Source: Leptospirales bacterium
Lineage (GTDB): Bacteria > Spirochaetota > Leptospiria > Turneriellales > JAOUFE01
NCBI GenBank assembly: GCA_040326155.1
Contig: JBEQLE010000003.1
Span: forward strand, 45,387-109,386
Length of the DNA stretch: 64,000 nucleotides
Direction: 5' to 3'
The number at the start of each line of letters is the position of its first letter. The first letter of the stretch is position 1. This document shows positions 32,598-41,713 of this stretch, in pieces. The position numbers were made by a program, and so were the translations under genes. Below the pieces are notes generated by a model. It searched no databases. It saw nothing but the letters and a program-made list of their open reading frames with translations, and was not told the DNA's origin.

Positions 32598-34361
32598 CTA
32601 TTGAGCCAAAAAGTATATCGCAATGGGAGATGGTCCAACGTAACTTTGTTTTAGATAAGCTGCGACAATATAAGTTCTTCCATTCACACTCGTAAATGTC
32701 ACTGAAGGGCAGTTCGCATCCCCGGATGTAGTATCAGAATCTACAATCGAACCGGCAGACCAGATTACCAGGGAAAGCTTTAAGTCTGAAGAGGTGCCAG
32801 TACAGACAACCGTATTGCTGGTATCGACCTTTACGGTAATGGAATTTCCATCGCCCGTAAACTGAAAAAGACGATGAGCGCCGAATTTATTATACGGGTA
32901 ATTTAGTATACCGCCCGTGTGGGTACTGCCCCCGCTTCCACTGCCATACTTAATTGTATCCGGAAAAATAACACTCAGTGTACTCAATTTATATAGTGAC
33001 CACCAGCCTGTAGTCTGCACCGCGCCGGTTGAAGGAGGGTACTTGATTCCCGCCGCATTGTACGCCGTACCGAGGTCGTTGTCAACATCGAGAGGGTCGG
33101 CTGTATCGCCTGAACCCGTACAGGCACCGGAACAAAGAGAGTTATACGAGTTACCAAGCGCAGCCCACAGAGAGCTTAAACCTTCCGCAGTTCCACCGTA
33201 TTTCTGATTGTAAAATGCGGCAAAAGATTGTAGTGTCGTCGAACTTTTCTCTTTTTTCATTAAACGTAAAACCGGGTCTATGCGGTCAAAAGAACCGCTG
33301 GTGTCAGTAACCCCGTCACGGGCATCAAACAAAGACCATAGAAAATTCTGAACGTTGAATTCACTGTAAACGGTTTTCAGATCGACCGAATAAGCGGCGG
33401 CGGCTGTGCGAACGTCAAATTCGAAGCCAGAGGCGGAATTTGCGCCAGACGTATCTACATAAACCGGGTCGCTGAAGGTCATACCTGAAATGGCGTTGCC
33501 AAAGCCTTCACTGAAAGCCACTCTGGGGTCAAGAGAGTCGTAAATAGAGTGCGCGCCACCCACACTGTCACCACGGTAAATATTTTTTTCTACGTAATGA
33601 CCAAACTCATGCGCTACAACATGGTCGTCGTACTCATCGGTGTCTACCCCGGCGTCGCCCAGAATAAACAGGTGCGGCGTACCGCTGATTTCAGTATAAT
33701 GCGAAGTTCCAATCAGGCCCAGAGTATAAGACCCACCCGTATTTGTATTATTGGGACTCCAGTTTATATATAAAAACGGAAAACTCTGAGATGGCTTTGC
33801 CTGACAAACCAGCTCCATTTCGCGCAAAGCTGTATCGAGAATGGCAAATGGGCCTGCGATTCTATCGGAATTAGTAGACGAGTTTTCATCTTTTAGGGGA
33901 ATATGAATATTTGTAGTTTCACCTGCCGTAACATTAGATTTTTCAACGGTGTAAACTGCTCCTGAGTTTGTATTATCTACAACATATATTTCCCAGGAGG
34001 CGCCGGAACAATTTTCCGGTCCAATACCGTCTTTAGTATGGCTTGTATCTTCCAGTACCGCATAAACACGCAGTTTTATGTTTGTAACAGAAGTGGAAAA
34101 TGAGAATTTTCCTTCATCGTCCGTAACTCCCTCACCGACAACGGAATTTCCGGAAATTGCCTGAACAACCACTCTTCGAGCGGGCTTTTTAGTTTTAGCG
34201 TTAAAATCGAGTTTTGCTCCGCCTTCACTTGAATCGAGAGCAGGAACATGGTCAAACGTAACCTTCCCTTCAACCATCATAAAATTTTCACCACATGCTG
34301 TCGCGATCGTAGATATTCCAGCAAATAATAGTATTAAAAATTTGAATTTTAATCTGTGCAT
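32598..34361 (-). CDS. Lipoprotein zinc metallopeptidase (gluzincin-like) with C-terminal beta domain
   Basis: Lipobox IATAC; AHEFGH followed by AFSEGFGN as third ligand; Ser/Thr/Gly-rich C-terminus; alternative GTG start at 34409. Confidence 0.8.
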   Translation of the reverse strand: MHRLKFKFLILLFAGISTIATACGENFMMVEGKVTFDHVPALDSSEGGAKLDFNAKTKKPARRVVVQAISGNSVVGEGVTDDEGKFSFSTSVTNIKLRVYAVLEDTSHTKDGIGPENCSGASWEIYVVDNTNSGAVYTVEKSNVTAGETTNIHIPLKDENSSTNSDRIAGPFAILDTALREMELVCQAKPSQSFPFLYINWSPNNTNTGGSYTLGLIGTSHYTEISGTPHLFILGDAGVDTDEYDDHVVAHEFGHYVEKNIYRGDSVGGAHSIYDSLDPRVAFSEGFGNAISGMTFSDPVYVDTSGANSASGFEFDVRTAAAAYSVDLKTVYSEFNVQNFLWSLFDARDGVTDTSGSFDRIDPVLRLMKKEKSSTTLQSFAAFYNQKYGGTAEGLSSLWAALGNSYNSLCSGACTGSGDTADPLDVDNDLGTAYNAAGIKYPPSTGAVQTTGWWSLYKLSTLSVIFPDTIKYGSGSGGSTHTGGILNYPYNKFGAHRLFQFTGDGNSITVKVDTSNTVVCTGTSSDLKLSLVIWSAGSIVDSDTTSGDANCPSVTFTSVNGRTYIVAAYLKQSYVGPSPIAIYFLAQ

Positions 34362-34444
34362 ATAACGTTTATCTGGTAGAATATAATACAATAACAGAGA
34401 AACAACCACTTTTCTCTTTAAACGAAATTATATTAGAACGAGAC

Positions 34445-34526
34445 CGGTAGCATTCCGCACTGCGAACCCCTGGTGTAAGGTACCTTTACATTACGGAAAT
34501 TCGAGGGACTTCGTCTGCCTGCTCTT
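34445..34526 (-). ncRNA. Candidate structured cis-regulatory RNA, copy 2 (upstream of metallopeptidase operon)
   Basis: Homologous to 23572-23653; begins just downstream of a plausible minus-strand promoter. Confidence 0.45.
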
Positions 34527-34541
34527 TGTTTAAAAGTTTTT

Positions 34542-34593
34542 AATGTACAAAACCTTTAAATGGGTTGACAATTGTTGTTTTTTATAATAAATT
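34542..34593. promoter_or_regulatory. Overlapping divergent sigma-70 promoters (tmRNA on +; structured leader and peptidase operon on -)
   Basis: + strand TTGACA(34565)-17-TAAATT(34588); - strand TTGTCA(34571)-18-TACATT(34547). Confidence 0.55.
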
Positions 34594-34603
34594 ACATTGA
34601 ACC

Positions 34604-34946
34604 GGGGACGAATTTGGCATCGACTGGTGTTTTCGGTGGAAAGAAAAGCATGTGAAGTACCCATCTTCTAAAAAGGGACTCGGTCTTAAATGCCGACGAT
34701 GTAGATTACGCAATGGCTGCTTAATTGCAGTTTGCACTGGCTGAGCATACGCTTCTGGTTGCTCGTGCTAGTTAACTTACGGAAGCTGGGTTCATTGACG
34801 CAGATACTTTGAATCGAGAAAACTTCTGCTATGGATTGATTTTTCTTGTCTATGAGGCGGGTCTCTCCGAGAAATAATTATAGACTAAACATGTAGAAAG
34901 CTTTTTAGCGAGCATCAGGACGCGGGTTCGACTCCCGCCGTCTCCA
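34604..34946 (+). ncRNA. ssrA: tmRNA; tag ORF 34692-34724 encodes ADDVDYAMAA*
   Basis: 5' GGGGACG pairs with 3' CGTCTCC-A; 3' GGACGCGGGTTCGACTCCCGCC T-arm; internal tag ending in AA-stop. Confidence 0.96.
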
Positions 34947-34975
34947 ATTTACCGGAATTTAGCAAAATCGGCCGG

Positions 34976-35707
34976 TCAAGCGGAAGACATCACTTCATCC
35001 CGGAAGAGTAAAAGGTGGCTTAGAATCCGCCTTTTTTCGTCGTCAATTTTCGCCTGTTCGAAACGTTTGGAATGCATATACACCAAACGTTGCGGACCAG
35101 ATGTTACAACTGTCGGAAGACCTTCAAACGTTGTTATTTTACCCGTTACCTTTTCAAGAGCTTCTTTATCGCGGCCAAAAAGAACAGGCGCGGCTTGCCC
35201 TAAAATTAAAATTCCCTTTAACTTGTATTGATCAATATCTTCACGAATATGCTGTACACAGTTTGAAAAATTTGCCGGGTCATTTTCATCGTTTTTTCCA
35301 AAATAACACCTTAGAACCTCCCGAATCAACAAAGACTCCGTCGGAACTCCCAAACCTGCTGAAATCATTTTTCGAAACAGTTTATCGGCTGAGGGCATCT
35401 CATAGTATTGCTTTTTTGCTAAAATAAAAGAGTTGTGAATTAACACAAGATATGGTAGTTTTACCAGCTCCTCGTCAAATTGGCGCGGTTTATAGCCAAT
35501 TCTTCGAGAACACATGACGCAAACTTTCGGGTCATAAAGCGTTTCGACTGTTGTTTCTGCAATGGGTGGCGCAAACGAAAGGTCAATAGCTAAGGGATCC
35601 GCTTCATTTTCACGATTCCATACAAGAGTGTCAGGATCTGACTGGCGCAGCCAGGATTTCAAATCTTTGACTAAGTGAAGAACTTCAGGATAGGAGTCCA
35701 GCCTCAT
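34976..35707 (-). CDS. Uracil-DNA glycosylase-like fold protein, divergent
   Basis: CVMC, LFRKMI..GLG, VLRC, C..HIREDI and ILILGQAA resemble the family-4 UDG scaffold; catalytic GEAPG and HP motifs are absent. Confidence 0.55.
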   Translation of the reverse strand: MRLDSYPEVLHLVKDLKSWLRQSDPDTLVWNRENEADPLAIDLSFAPPIAETTVETLYDPKVCVMCSRRIGYKPRQFDEELVKLPYLVLIHNSFILAKKQYYEMPSADKLFRKMISAGLGVPTESLLIREVLRCYFGKNDENDPANFSNCVQHIREDIDQYKLKGILILGQAAPVLFGRDKEALEKVTGKITTFEGLPTVVTSGPQRLVYMHSKRFEQAKIDDEKRRILSHLLLFRDEVMSSA

Positions 35708-35708
35708 A

Positions 35709-36104
35709 TCATATATTGGTTGACCTTTTTAGCTTGTCTTTTTGAATTTTATCGTATTTTTCTTGAGCACCCAGGCTTCTCTTGGCTTCAGGTAAAACTT
35801 TTAAACGAGATTTATTTATAAGCTCTTCTGTATCAATGCAAATTCCATATTTGCCTTCTTCAAGCCTAGCCAAGGCCTCTTCAATATCCTTGAGTGTGTT
35901 CACTTCCGCAGTGGTTAAGCTTAAATTCATCTCTTGCTCAAGCAATTCTGTAGCCATATCGACCATATCACCGGGCTCATCAGACTTTTCACTGGAAACT
36001 TCTTCGACTTGGTTCTGAATTTCTTTCATTAACCGAGTTCTTTTTTCGAGTAACAGCGCTTTAAAATCTTCCAGCTCTTTTTTTGTAAAAGGACTTTTTT
36101 TCAT
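35709..36104 (-). CDS. dksA: DksA/TraR family RNA polymerase-binding factor
   Basis: DMVDMA (DxxDxA) coiled-coil tip; IEEALARLEEGKYGIC...RL..LPEA. Confidence 0.85.
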   Translation of the reverse strand: MKKSPFTKKELEDFKALLLEKRTRLMKEIQNQVEEVSSEKSDEPGDMVDMATELLEQEMNLSLTTAEVNTLKDIEEALARLEEGKYGICIDTEELINKSRLKVLPEAKRSLGAQEKYDKIQKDKLKRSTNI

Positions 36105-36238
36105 TTGCCGGTTCTCTCGCAGGTACACTGTTTGTCAAATATATTTCCATATAAAATGTTATAAAGTGGATTAAAGTGAATATATTATAGAGACTTTGAA
36201 TATAAATTTTAGAAAATAATTCCGTTCCGATAAAAACC

Positions 36239-37981
36239 CTACATAGAGTCTTTAATATCTTTTTCCATTCTTTCGCGCAATTCTTTAAGGCGTTTTCGCC
36301 ATTTTAGTTGTTCTACCTGGTCACCTCGATTATCTTCTATTTTTTCTAAAATAAACTCTAACTCTGCCTGATCATCTTTAAACTCTTTCATCCCTATATT
36401 TTGCTCCATTGGCAGTGATTCCAGATAAATCGTATAGTGAATTGTGGGTCCGAACTGGCCGGTTTGTATACTGCGGGAGCGAGCATGTACATAATATTTT
36501 CCCGGTTTAAATTTATGTTTTATCGAGCCCTGCCCGTTTGAGTTTTGAAATAATTTTTCAGGAGTGTATACTGGTATCGCATTTATTTCCAGGTAATACT
36601 CATAAGGACCGTAATTTTTAATAAATATGAAAATTGGGTTACCCGAAACTGTTTTATCGGCCTTTTCCCCTTTTACAACAATGTCGGGCGCAGGTGGTTT
36701 TTTCCACACCACTGGTATATGATACACCGGAGATTCCCTGCCTGTTGTTTCCGATTTTGCTTGAATATGCAATACATTCTCGCCTTCTTTTACGGATGAA
36801 AGTCGCACTATTTCAGATTCAACGCTTGTGTAGTCGGGTAAAGGTTTTCCATTTGGATTTTCATCTAATATATACCTGTACTGGTATAATTCCGTTTGCG
36901 GAGTTTTTTGCCACTGTAACACCATTTCAGGGTATCCCTCCGCCTCATCGATACTCCACGAGAAATGAGTTATTGCCAGGCTCTGTTGAGTCGGGTCAAC
37001 CGAATATAAATGACCAATGCTGGATTCCAGTATTAGCCAGGGATAACCTTTTTTGTCAATTCCGGGGTAAGGTTTCATTGCAAAAGGCATGGAAAACGAT
37101 TTCAGCTTTTTCGCCCGCTCCATGTTATCAAGTTCAACCCAGTATACAGACGAAGAATTTTCCGATAGCATATACAGAGCTGTTGTTCCTGAATGTTTCA
37201 GCATTACCATATGAGTTGTATATTGCAGGTTTCCTTCGTTCAACAATTTTTTTGTTTTGTATTTTTCACCGGTTTCTTTTAAGACCCAGAGTGTATTTTC
37301 AGAATCGATTAAATAGCAATAGGTCGTTTCACCGGATGGTATAAAAAGTGAGGCTTTTACCGCCATGGAAAGAGGTCGATGTTTGTATCTACCGTTTTTC
37401 CAGACGCCCCAATAATAAATTCCTTTTGTCTGGTAAATAAAGTGAGCCGATATATTCGTCCAGTTTAAACCAAAAGAAATAATCGAATCTGAACTTGTTA
37501 AAATATTAAACTTTTTTTCTTCGAACTTTATATCAAGTAAATAGTTGCCATTTTCCTTTGATAAAAACAAAAATACGGGCTTTTGGGACTTGTCAAATTG
37601 CATGTCAAAATCTATAAAATTTTGCCTGATTATAAATTCTTCATGGTAAACTATTGCAAGTTTTTTATTATAAACATTTAATTCAACGACTCCGGTATTT
37701 TTATGATAGGTTACAATGGCGTCGGCGTCATTATATGGGAAATGACGAATTAAGTCAGGGGCACCGGCATAGCTGAATATTTTTTTTACTCCGCCCTTTT
37801 CTCCGGTTGCATACGTATACAGGTTTTGCTTACGGGTAAAAAAATAATTCTTTTTCCACGCGTATGCTTTTGTTGGCACAATTTTATAATCAAATAAAGG
37901 CCATGTCTCTTTTTCGGCGCTATATAAATTAGACGAAAATATTAAAAAAGTTATAAATAGGAGAATTTTTTTCATAATCAA
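36239..37981 (-). CDS. Large exported protein with C-terminal Ig-like repeats and coiled-coil tail
   Basis: Signal peptide; YRYILD...P, G...LHIQA and PGKYYVHARS repeat patterns. Confidence 0.7.
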   Translation of the reverse strand: MIMKKILLFITFLIFSSNLYSAEKETWPLFDYKIVPTKAYAWKKNYFFTRKQNLYTYATGEKGGVKKIFSYAGAPDLIRHFPYNDADAIVTYHKNTGVVELNVYNKKLAIVYHEEFIIRQNFIDFDMQFDKSQKPVFLFLSKENGNYLLDIKFEEKKFNILTSSDSIISFGLNWTNISAHFIYQTKGIYYWGVWKNGRYKHRPLSMAVKASLFIPSGETTYCYLIDSENTLWVLKETGEKYKTKKLLNEGNLQYTTHMVMLKHSGTTALYMLSENSSSVYWVELDNMERAKKLKSFSMPFAMKPYPGIDKKGYPWLILESSIGHLYSVDPTQQSLAITHFSWSIDEAEGYPEMVLQWQKTPQTELYQYRYILDENPNGKPLPDYTSVESEIVRLSSVKEGENVLHIQAKSETTGRESPVYHIPVVWKKPPAPDIVVKGEKADKTVSGNPIFIFIKNYGPYEYYLEINAIPVYTPEKLFQNSNGQGSIKHKFKPGKYYVHARSRSIQTGQFGPTIHYTIYLESLPMEQNIGMKEFKDDQAELEFILEKIEDNRGDQVEQLKWRKRLKELRERMEKDIKDSM

Positions 37982-37983
37982 GT

Positions 37984-40524
37984 TTAAATACGACTCATGT
38001 AAAACCGTATTTTCTTCCTGTTTATTAATATAATAAACAGAAATAGAACGACCAGCAAAATTATTATTAGAATTTTTTGTGGAAAGACAGATGCAGTGCC
38101 AACTTCGAACCTGTAATACGAGAAAGCGTCGGGTTCGGTTTTTCCTCCCTTAAATACCGGAATTACGGTAATATAATATTCTCCTGGTTTCAAGTCATAA
38201 AAATATATTGGAGTTTTGCCATAGTTGAGTTGTCCGCTGGGTTTTCGCGGAGTCTGTGAAAATGCATAACTGAACCCCTTTAGGGAACGACCATATTTTT
38301 TTTGTACATTAGAAGGCAATTTAAATGAAACTTCGTATAAGGAGCCAATATTTTGAACCGTAATCGAAGGTCGCAAACTGAAAATATAAGATGGAATGGA
38401 CAACCGGCGACCTGCTGTCGGGTGTTGTTTATCCCAATCTGGAGGATTATATAAAAAGTATAAATACCTTGGGTAACTTTTAGTTCCATCCGCATATACA
38501 ACTCCCAGATTAAAAACATAAAAGCCAGGTTTTAATTTATGCAAGTCAATAACTGCGGTTAGGGCATTATCGCTTTTTTCAGAGGGTATTAGTTTTCCTT
38601 TTTCAGTGGGGTCTCTTTTTTCGGTTGTGATGCCGCCGTTTAAACGAACAATTTTTTTTTCATCGCGTAAACCCGTAACAGTAACAGTTAATATACTTTT
38701 TCCAACGTTACCTGCTCTAATACTGCTCGTTATTAAAAAATCTTCCGCATCGGGATAACGAATATCTACGAGATAGTTTGCCGTAACCGAAACATTTCCC
38801 GCATTATCTTCAGCGCGCACGATAAAGAAATACTGACCCGGCTCAAGGTTATCTACGGTTATTTCACCCGTCTTGGTAAATTGATCGGGAGCATCGCCAA
38901 TATTATGAGTAAACTTATACCTGTACCCTTTAATGCCAACATTATCGTTGGATTTAAAGGTGGCGTGAAATTTCAAGTTGTCTGAAGCTTCTCCTGGTAA
39001 ATGAGTGTCTGAAACAATTTCAGGCGGCTCCGGTTTTTCCACATCGACTAAAAACGGGTATCGATATATTTTAGAACGGTTCCCCGCTCGGTCTATATAT
39101 TTTACATGTAGAAAATAACTACCGCTTTCAAGACCAGCTTTTTCAATCGTTCTCGATTCACCGCGCATATTTATTATTCCAGGGTCAGAATTAGGACGGT
39201 GATCAATTAGAAATGCAAAATCTTTTACACCGGAAGGTTCCGACAAAAGTTCTAAGTCAAAAACCACTTTATCAGTGTTTGAATACTTTCCTCTGGAATG
39301 TGTTTTCGATGTTATTTTTATCTCCGAAGTGTAAATATCGGCTAGTTTAGCATACAAAGTGGAACCGCTTTGATATATTAAATAAACTCGTCCGCCGAGC
39401 TTTACAAAAGAAGTTTTTGAGGAGGAAAGTTTATGGTCCGTTGCCTGGTGTGGTTTTCCAATTATGGTATCTTCGGGTTTATTTACAAAACGAGCAAAGA
39501 TCTGGGGTGGCGATACTCGAAAATCATGCCAGGCTATAATATAACCCGCCTTTTTAGAATGGACAAGTACCGGGTTGTAACTGTTTGAATTTGACTCCGA
39601 TATATTCAATTGAATTTTTTTCGAAAGAGAAGAGTTAATAACATAGCCGGTATCTGAGTCTGACTGCCAGACCCAGTCTAATTCTTCATTTTTATAAATT
39701 GCCATCGGTGAAAAATCGTTCACATCATTGGTAGTTAATTGTACGGGTTTCGAAAAACTTTTGCCGGAATTTTCAGACTTTATATAAAAAATTTCATCTT
39801 TCAAACTTGTTGACTGTTTGCTCTGATAAAGCACATGAATCTGTGACTCAACAATAAAAATTGCCGGAAAAAATACCCCTTTTCCTATTGAACTTGGGTC
39901 AGAAATTACACTCAACGATTTACTAAATCTATCTTTATCATATTTAGTGAATTTAATGAAAAACTTTCCCAGCTTTGACGCTCTCGAAAAACTCTGATAG
40001 AATATATAGAAAATGCCTTTATTATCGACTAACACGTAAGGACTACTTGCGCTCAATTTTTCGGCAAACTGCGCAGGTTCTGAAAATACAAGCGTGGAAC
40101 GATCGCCAATGGAATACATAACACGAGATCCGACTTTTTCTTGCGCCGGCTCCTGCCAGAAAACCATTATTTTACTTTCAGAGATCGCTACCGTTGGGCG
40201 TAGAGAAAAACGAAAACGTGAAGCAGGTAAACTTATAGTGGCAACTGGAATTTTTTTGGTTCCAGATCCGTTAAATCGAAGTAAATTAATATTATACAAA
40301 GAAGCCTCTTCAGGTTTGAATGTCTCTTCTAAACCTGCCGAAACGAAAAATACATTATTCTCTTTTTTTTGCATGGAAGCGACCGAGTAAGAATAAACTT
40401 TGCTCGAAATCAATGTCGACGGATACCAGCCTATAATATCAGCTGCAATAACTGAATAGAAGCCTAGTAAAAATAAACCCGGGGCTAGAACAAACCTGAT
40501 TCCTGTTTTTAATTTTAGACCCAT
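37984..40524 (-). CDS. Large exported protein: BNR/beta-propeller-like N-terminus, Ig-like repeats and C-terminal TM anchor
   Basis: Signal peptide; KSENSGKSFS (Asp-box-like); GSYFLHV..DRAGNRS and PGQYFFIVRAEDNAGNVS; C-terminal hydrophobic helix. Confidence 0.75.
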   Translation of the reverse strand: MGLKLKTGIRFVLAPGLFLLGFYSVIAADIIGWYPSTLISSKVYSYSVASMQKKENNVFFVSAGLEETFKPEEASLYNINLLRFNGSGTKKIPVATISLPASRFRFSLRPTVAISESKIMVFWQEPAQEKVGSRVMYSIGDRSTLVFSEPAQFAEKLSASSPYVLVDNKGIFYIFYQSFSRASKLGKFFIKFTKYDKDRFSKSLSVISDPSSIGKGVFFPAIFIVESQIHVLYQSKQSTSLKDEIFYIKSENSGKSFSKPVQLTTNDVNDFSPMAIYKNEELDWVWQSDSDTGYVINSSLSKKIQLNISESNSNSYNPVLVHSKKAGYIIAWHDFRVSPPQIFARFVNKPEDTIIGKPHQATDHKLSSSKTSFVKLGGRVYLIYQSGSTLYAKLADIYTSEIKITSKTHSRGKYSNTDKVVFDLELLSEPSGVKDFAFLIDHRPNSDPGIINMRGESRTIEKAGLESGSYFLHVKYIDRAGNRSKIYRYPFLVDVEKPEPPEIVSDTHLPGEASDNLKFHATFKSNDNVGIKGYRYKFTHNIGDAPDQFTKTGEITVDNLEPGQYFFIVRAEDNAGNVSVTANYLVDIRYPDAEDFLITSSIRAGNVGKSILTVTVTGLRDEKKIVRLNGGITTEKRDPTEKGKLIPSEKSDNALTAVIDLHKLKPGFYVFNLGVVYADGTKSYPRYLYFLYNPPDWDKQHPTAGRRLSIPSYIFSLRPSITVQNIGSLYEVSFKLPSNVQKKYGRSLKGFSYAFSQTPRKPSGQLNYGKTPIYFYDLKPGEYYITVIPVFKGGKTEPDAFSYYRFEVGTASVFPQKILIIILLVVLFLFIILINRKKIRFYMSRI

Positions 40525-40532
40525 AATAAATA

Positions 40533-41516
40533 TTATAGCTCTATTTCAAGACCTTCGTAAGCTGTAACCACATGAACATGATGATTAGGAGCCATCAGAT
40601 CTTTATATTTAATAGCTTGCATAGTCATTGCGTCCATCTTCTCGTCATCGTAGGATGGGTCGTGGTGAAACAGAACAAGTTTTTTTACATTGCTTTTAAT
40701 CGCAATATCGGTGGCAATAGCGGCGGAACTGTGACCCCAGTCAATTCTCTGAAAAGATTCGTTAAATGTATATTGAGTGTCAAAAACAAGTACATCGGCG
40801 TCTTTGAAAAATTCAATATAATCGCCAATTTCATCCATAACTTCAAGATTAAACTCTGCGTCAGAACAAAACACAAATATTTTACCATCTTCATCGGTAA
40901 ATCGATAAGAGTAAGTAGACCCGGGGTGGCGAACAATTTTACTTTTAACTTTTAAATTACACACTTCATATTCGTTACCTTCTACTATATGTTTAAAATG
41001 CTTCGTGACTCCAAGCTCATCAAATGTTATCGGAAAATGTGTAAATGGAGTCTGATATCGCAACCGGTCCAATATATCTTCAAAGGATGAATAAAAGGTA
41101 ACCTCATTTTGAGGCATAAAAAACGGTCCAAAAAACATAAGTCCCTGTATATGGTCCCAATGAGAGTGGGTAAGAAACATGTGAAACTTTTCACTTTTTT
41201 CCATATCTAAATCTTTCATTAGAGATTGGCTCAGTCGGCCCAGGCCGGTACCCGCATCAATTATAACCAGGTCATTATCTTTCGTACGAAGTTCCACACA
41301 TGTAGTGTTACCGCCAAAAGTTCCCCTTGTGGAAAATGGCAATGAATCAATAAAAGACTCTATTCGGTCTTCACTTAATAAATCTCCTGGCGTTGCCAGT
41401 GTAAGAGCCTTTTTTAGTTTTCCCCTGATTGCCTCGTGGGTAATTCCTGTTGCCAGAGATCCCCTTACTCCCCAAAACTTTACGCGCATATTATTCCTGA
41501 TTAAACTGTTTTTCAC
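40533..41516 (-). CDS. MBL-fold metallo-hydrolase
   Basis: FWGVRGS, GGNTTC, IDAGTG, THSHWDHIQG, WGHS and LFHHDP motifs. Confidence 0.9.
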   Translation of the reverse strand: MKNSLIRNNMRVKFWGVRGSLATGITHEAIRGKLKKALTLATPGDLLSEDRIESFIDSLPFSTRGTFGGNTTCVELRTKDNDLVIIDAGTGLGRLSQSLMKDLDMEKSEKFHMFLTHSHWDHIQGLMFFGPFFMPQNEVTFYSSFEDILDRLRYQTPFTHFPITFDELGVTKHFKHIVEGNEYEVCNLKVKSKIVRHPGSTYSYRFTDEDGKIFVFCSDAEFNLEVMDEIGDYIEFFKDADVLVFDTQYTFNESFQRIDWGHSSAAIATDIAIKSNVKKLVLFHHDPSYDDEKMDAMTMQAIKYKDLMAPNHHVHVVTAYEGLEIEL

Positions 41517-41713
41517 CGGAAAAAGTATAATACTTCGATTCCGGTATCGTTTTAATATCGGCTGAAACTCTGTTTTTTTTCGGCTTTATTTTTCTAATTA
41601 TTTTTTATATTGGTGTAACCAGGGCACCGTGAAAACCAAAAATATCCTGAATTTTGATCTTTATGGTTATGTAAAAAGGTTGTTTACCTATTGCAAAGCG
41701 GAAATTTGACCAT

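Noticed and set aside
34604..34976. tmRNA as the integration site of a genomic island
   Set aside because: No integrase nearby and no duplicated ssrA 3' end seen in the window
36634..37344. 236-aa plus-strand ORF
   Set aside because: Antisense shadow of the 580-aa gene with atypical composition; the same applies to the other short antisense ORFs in the track
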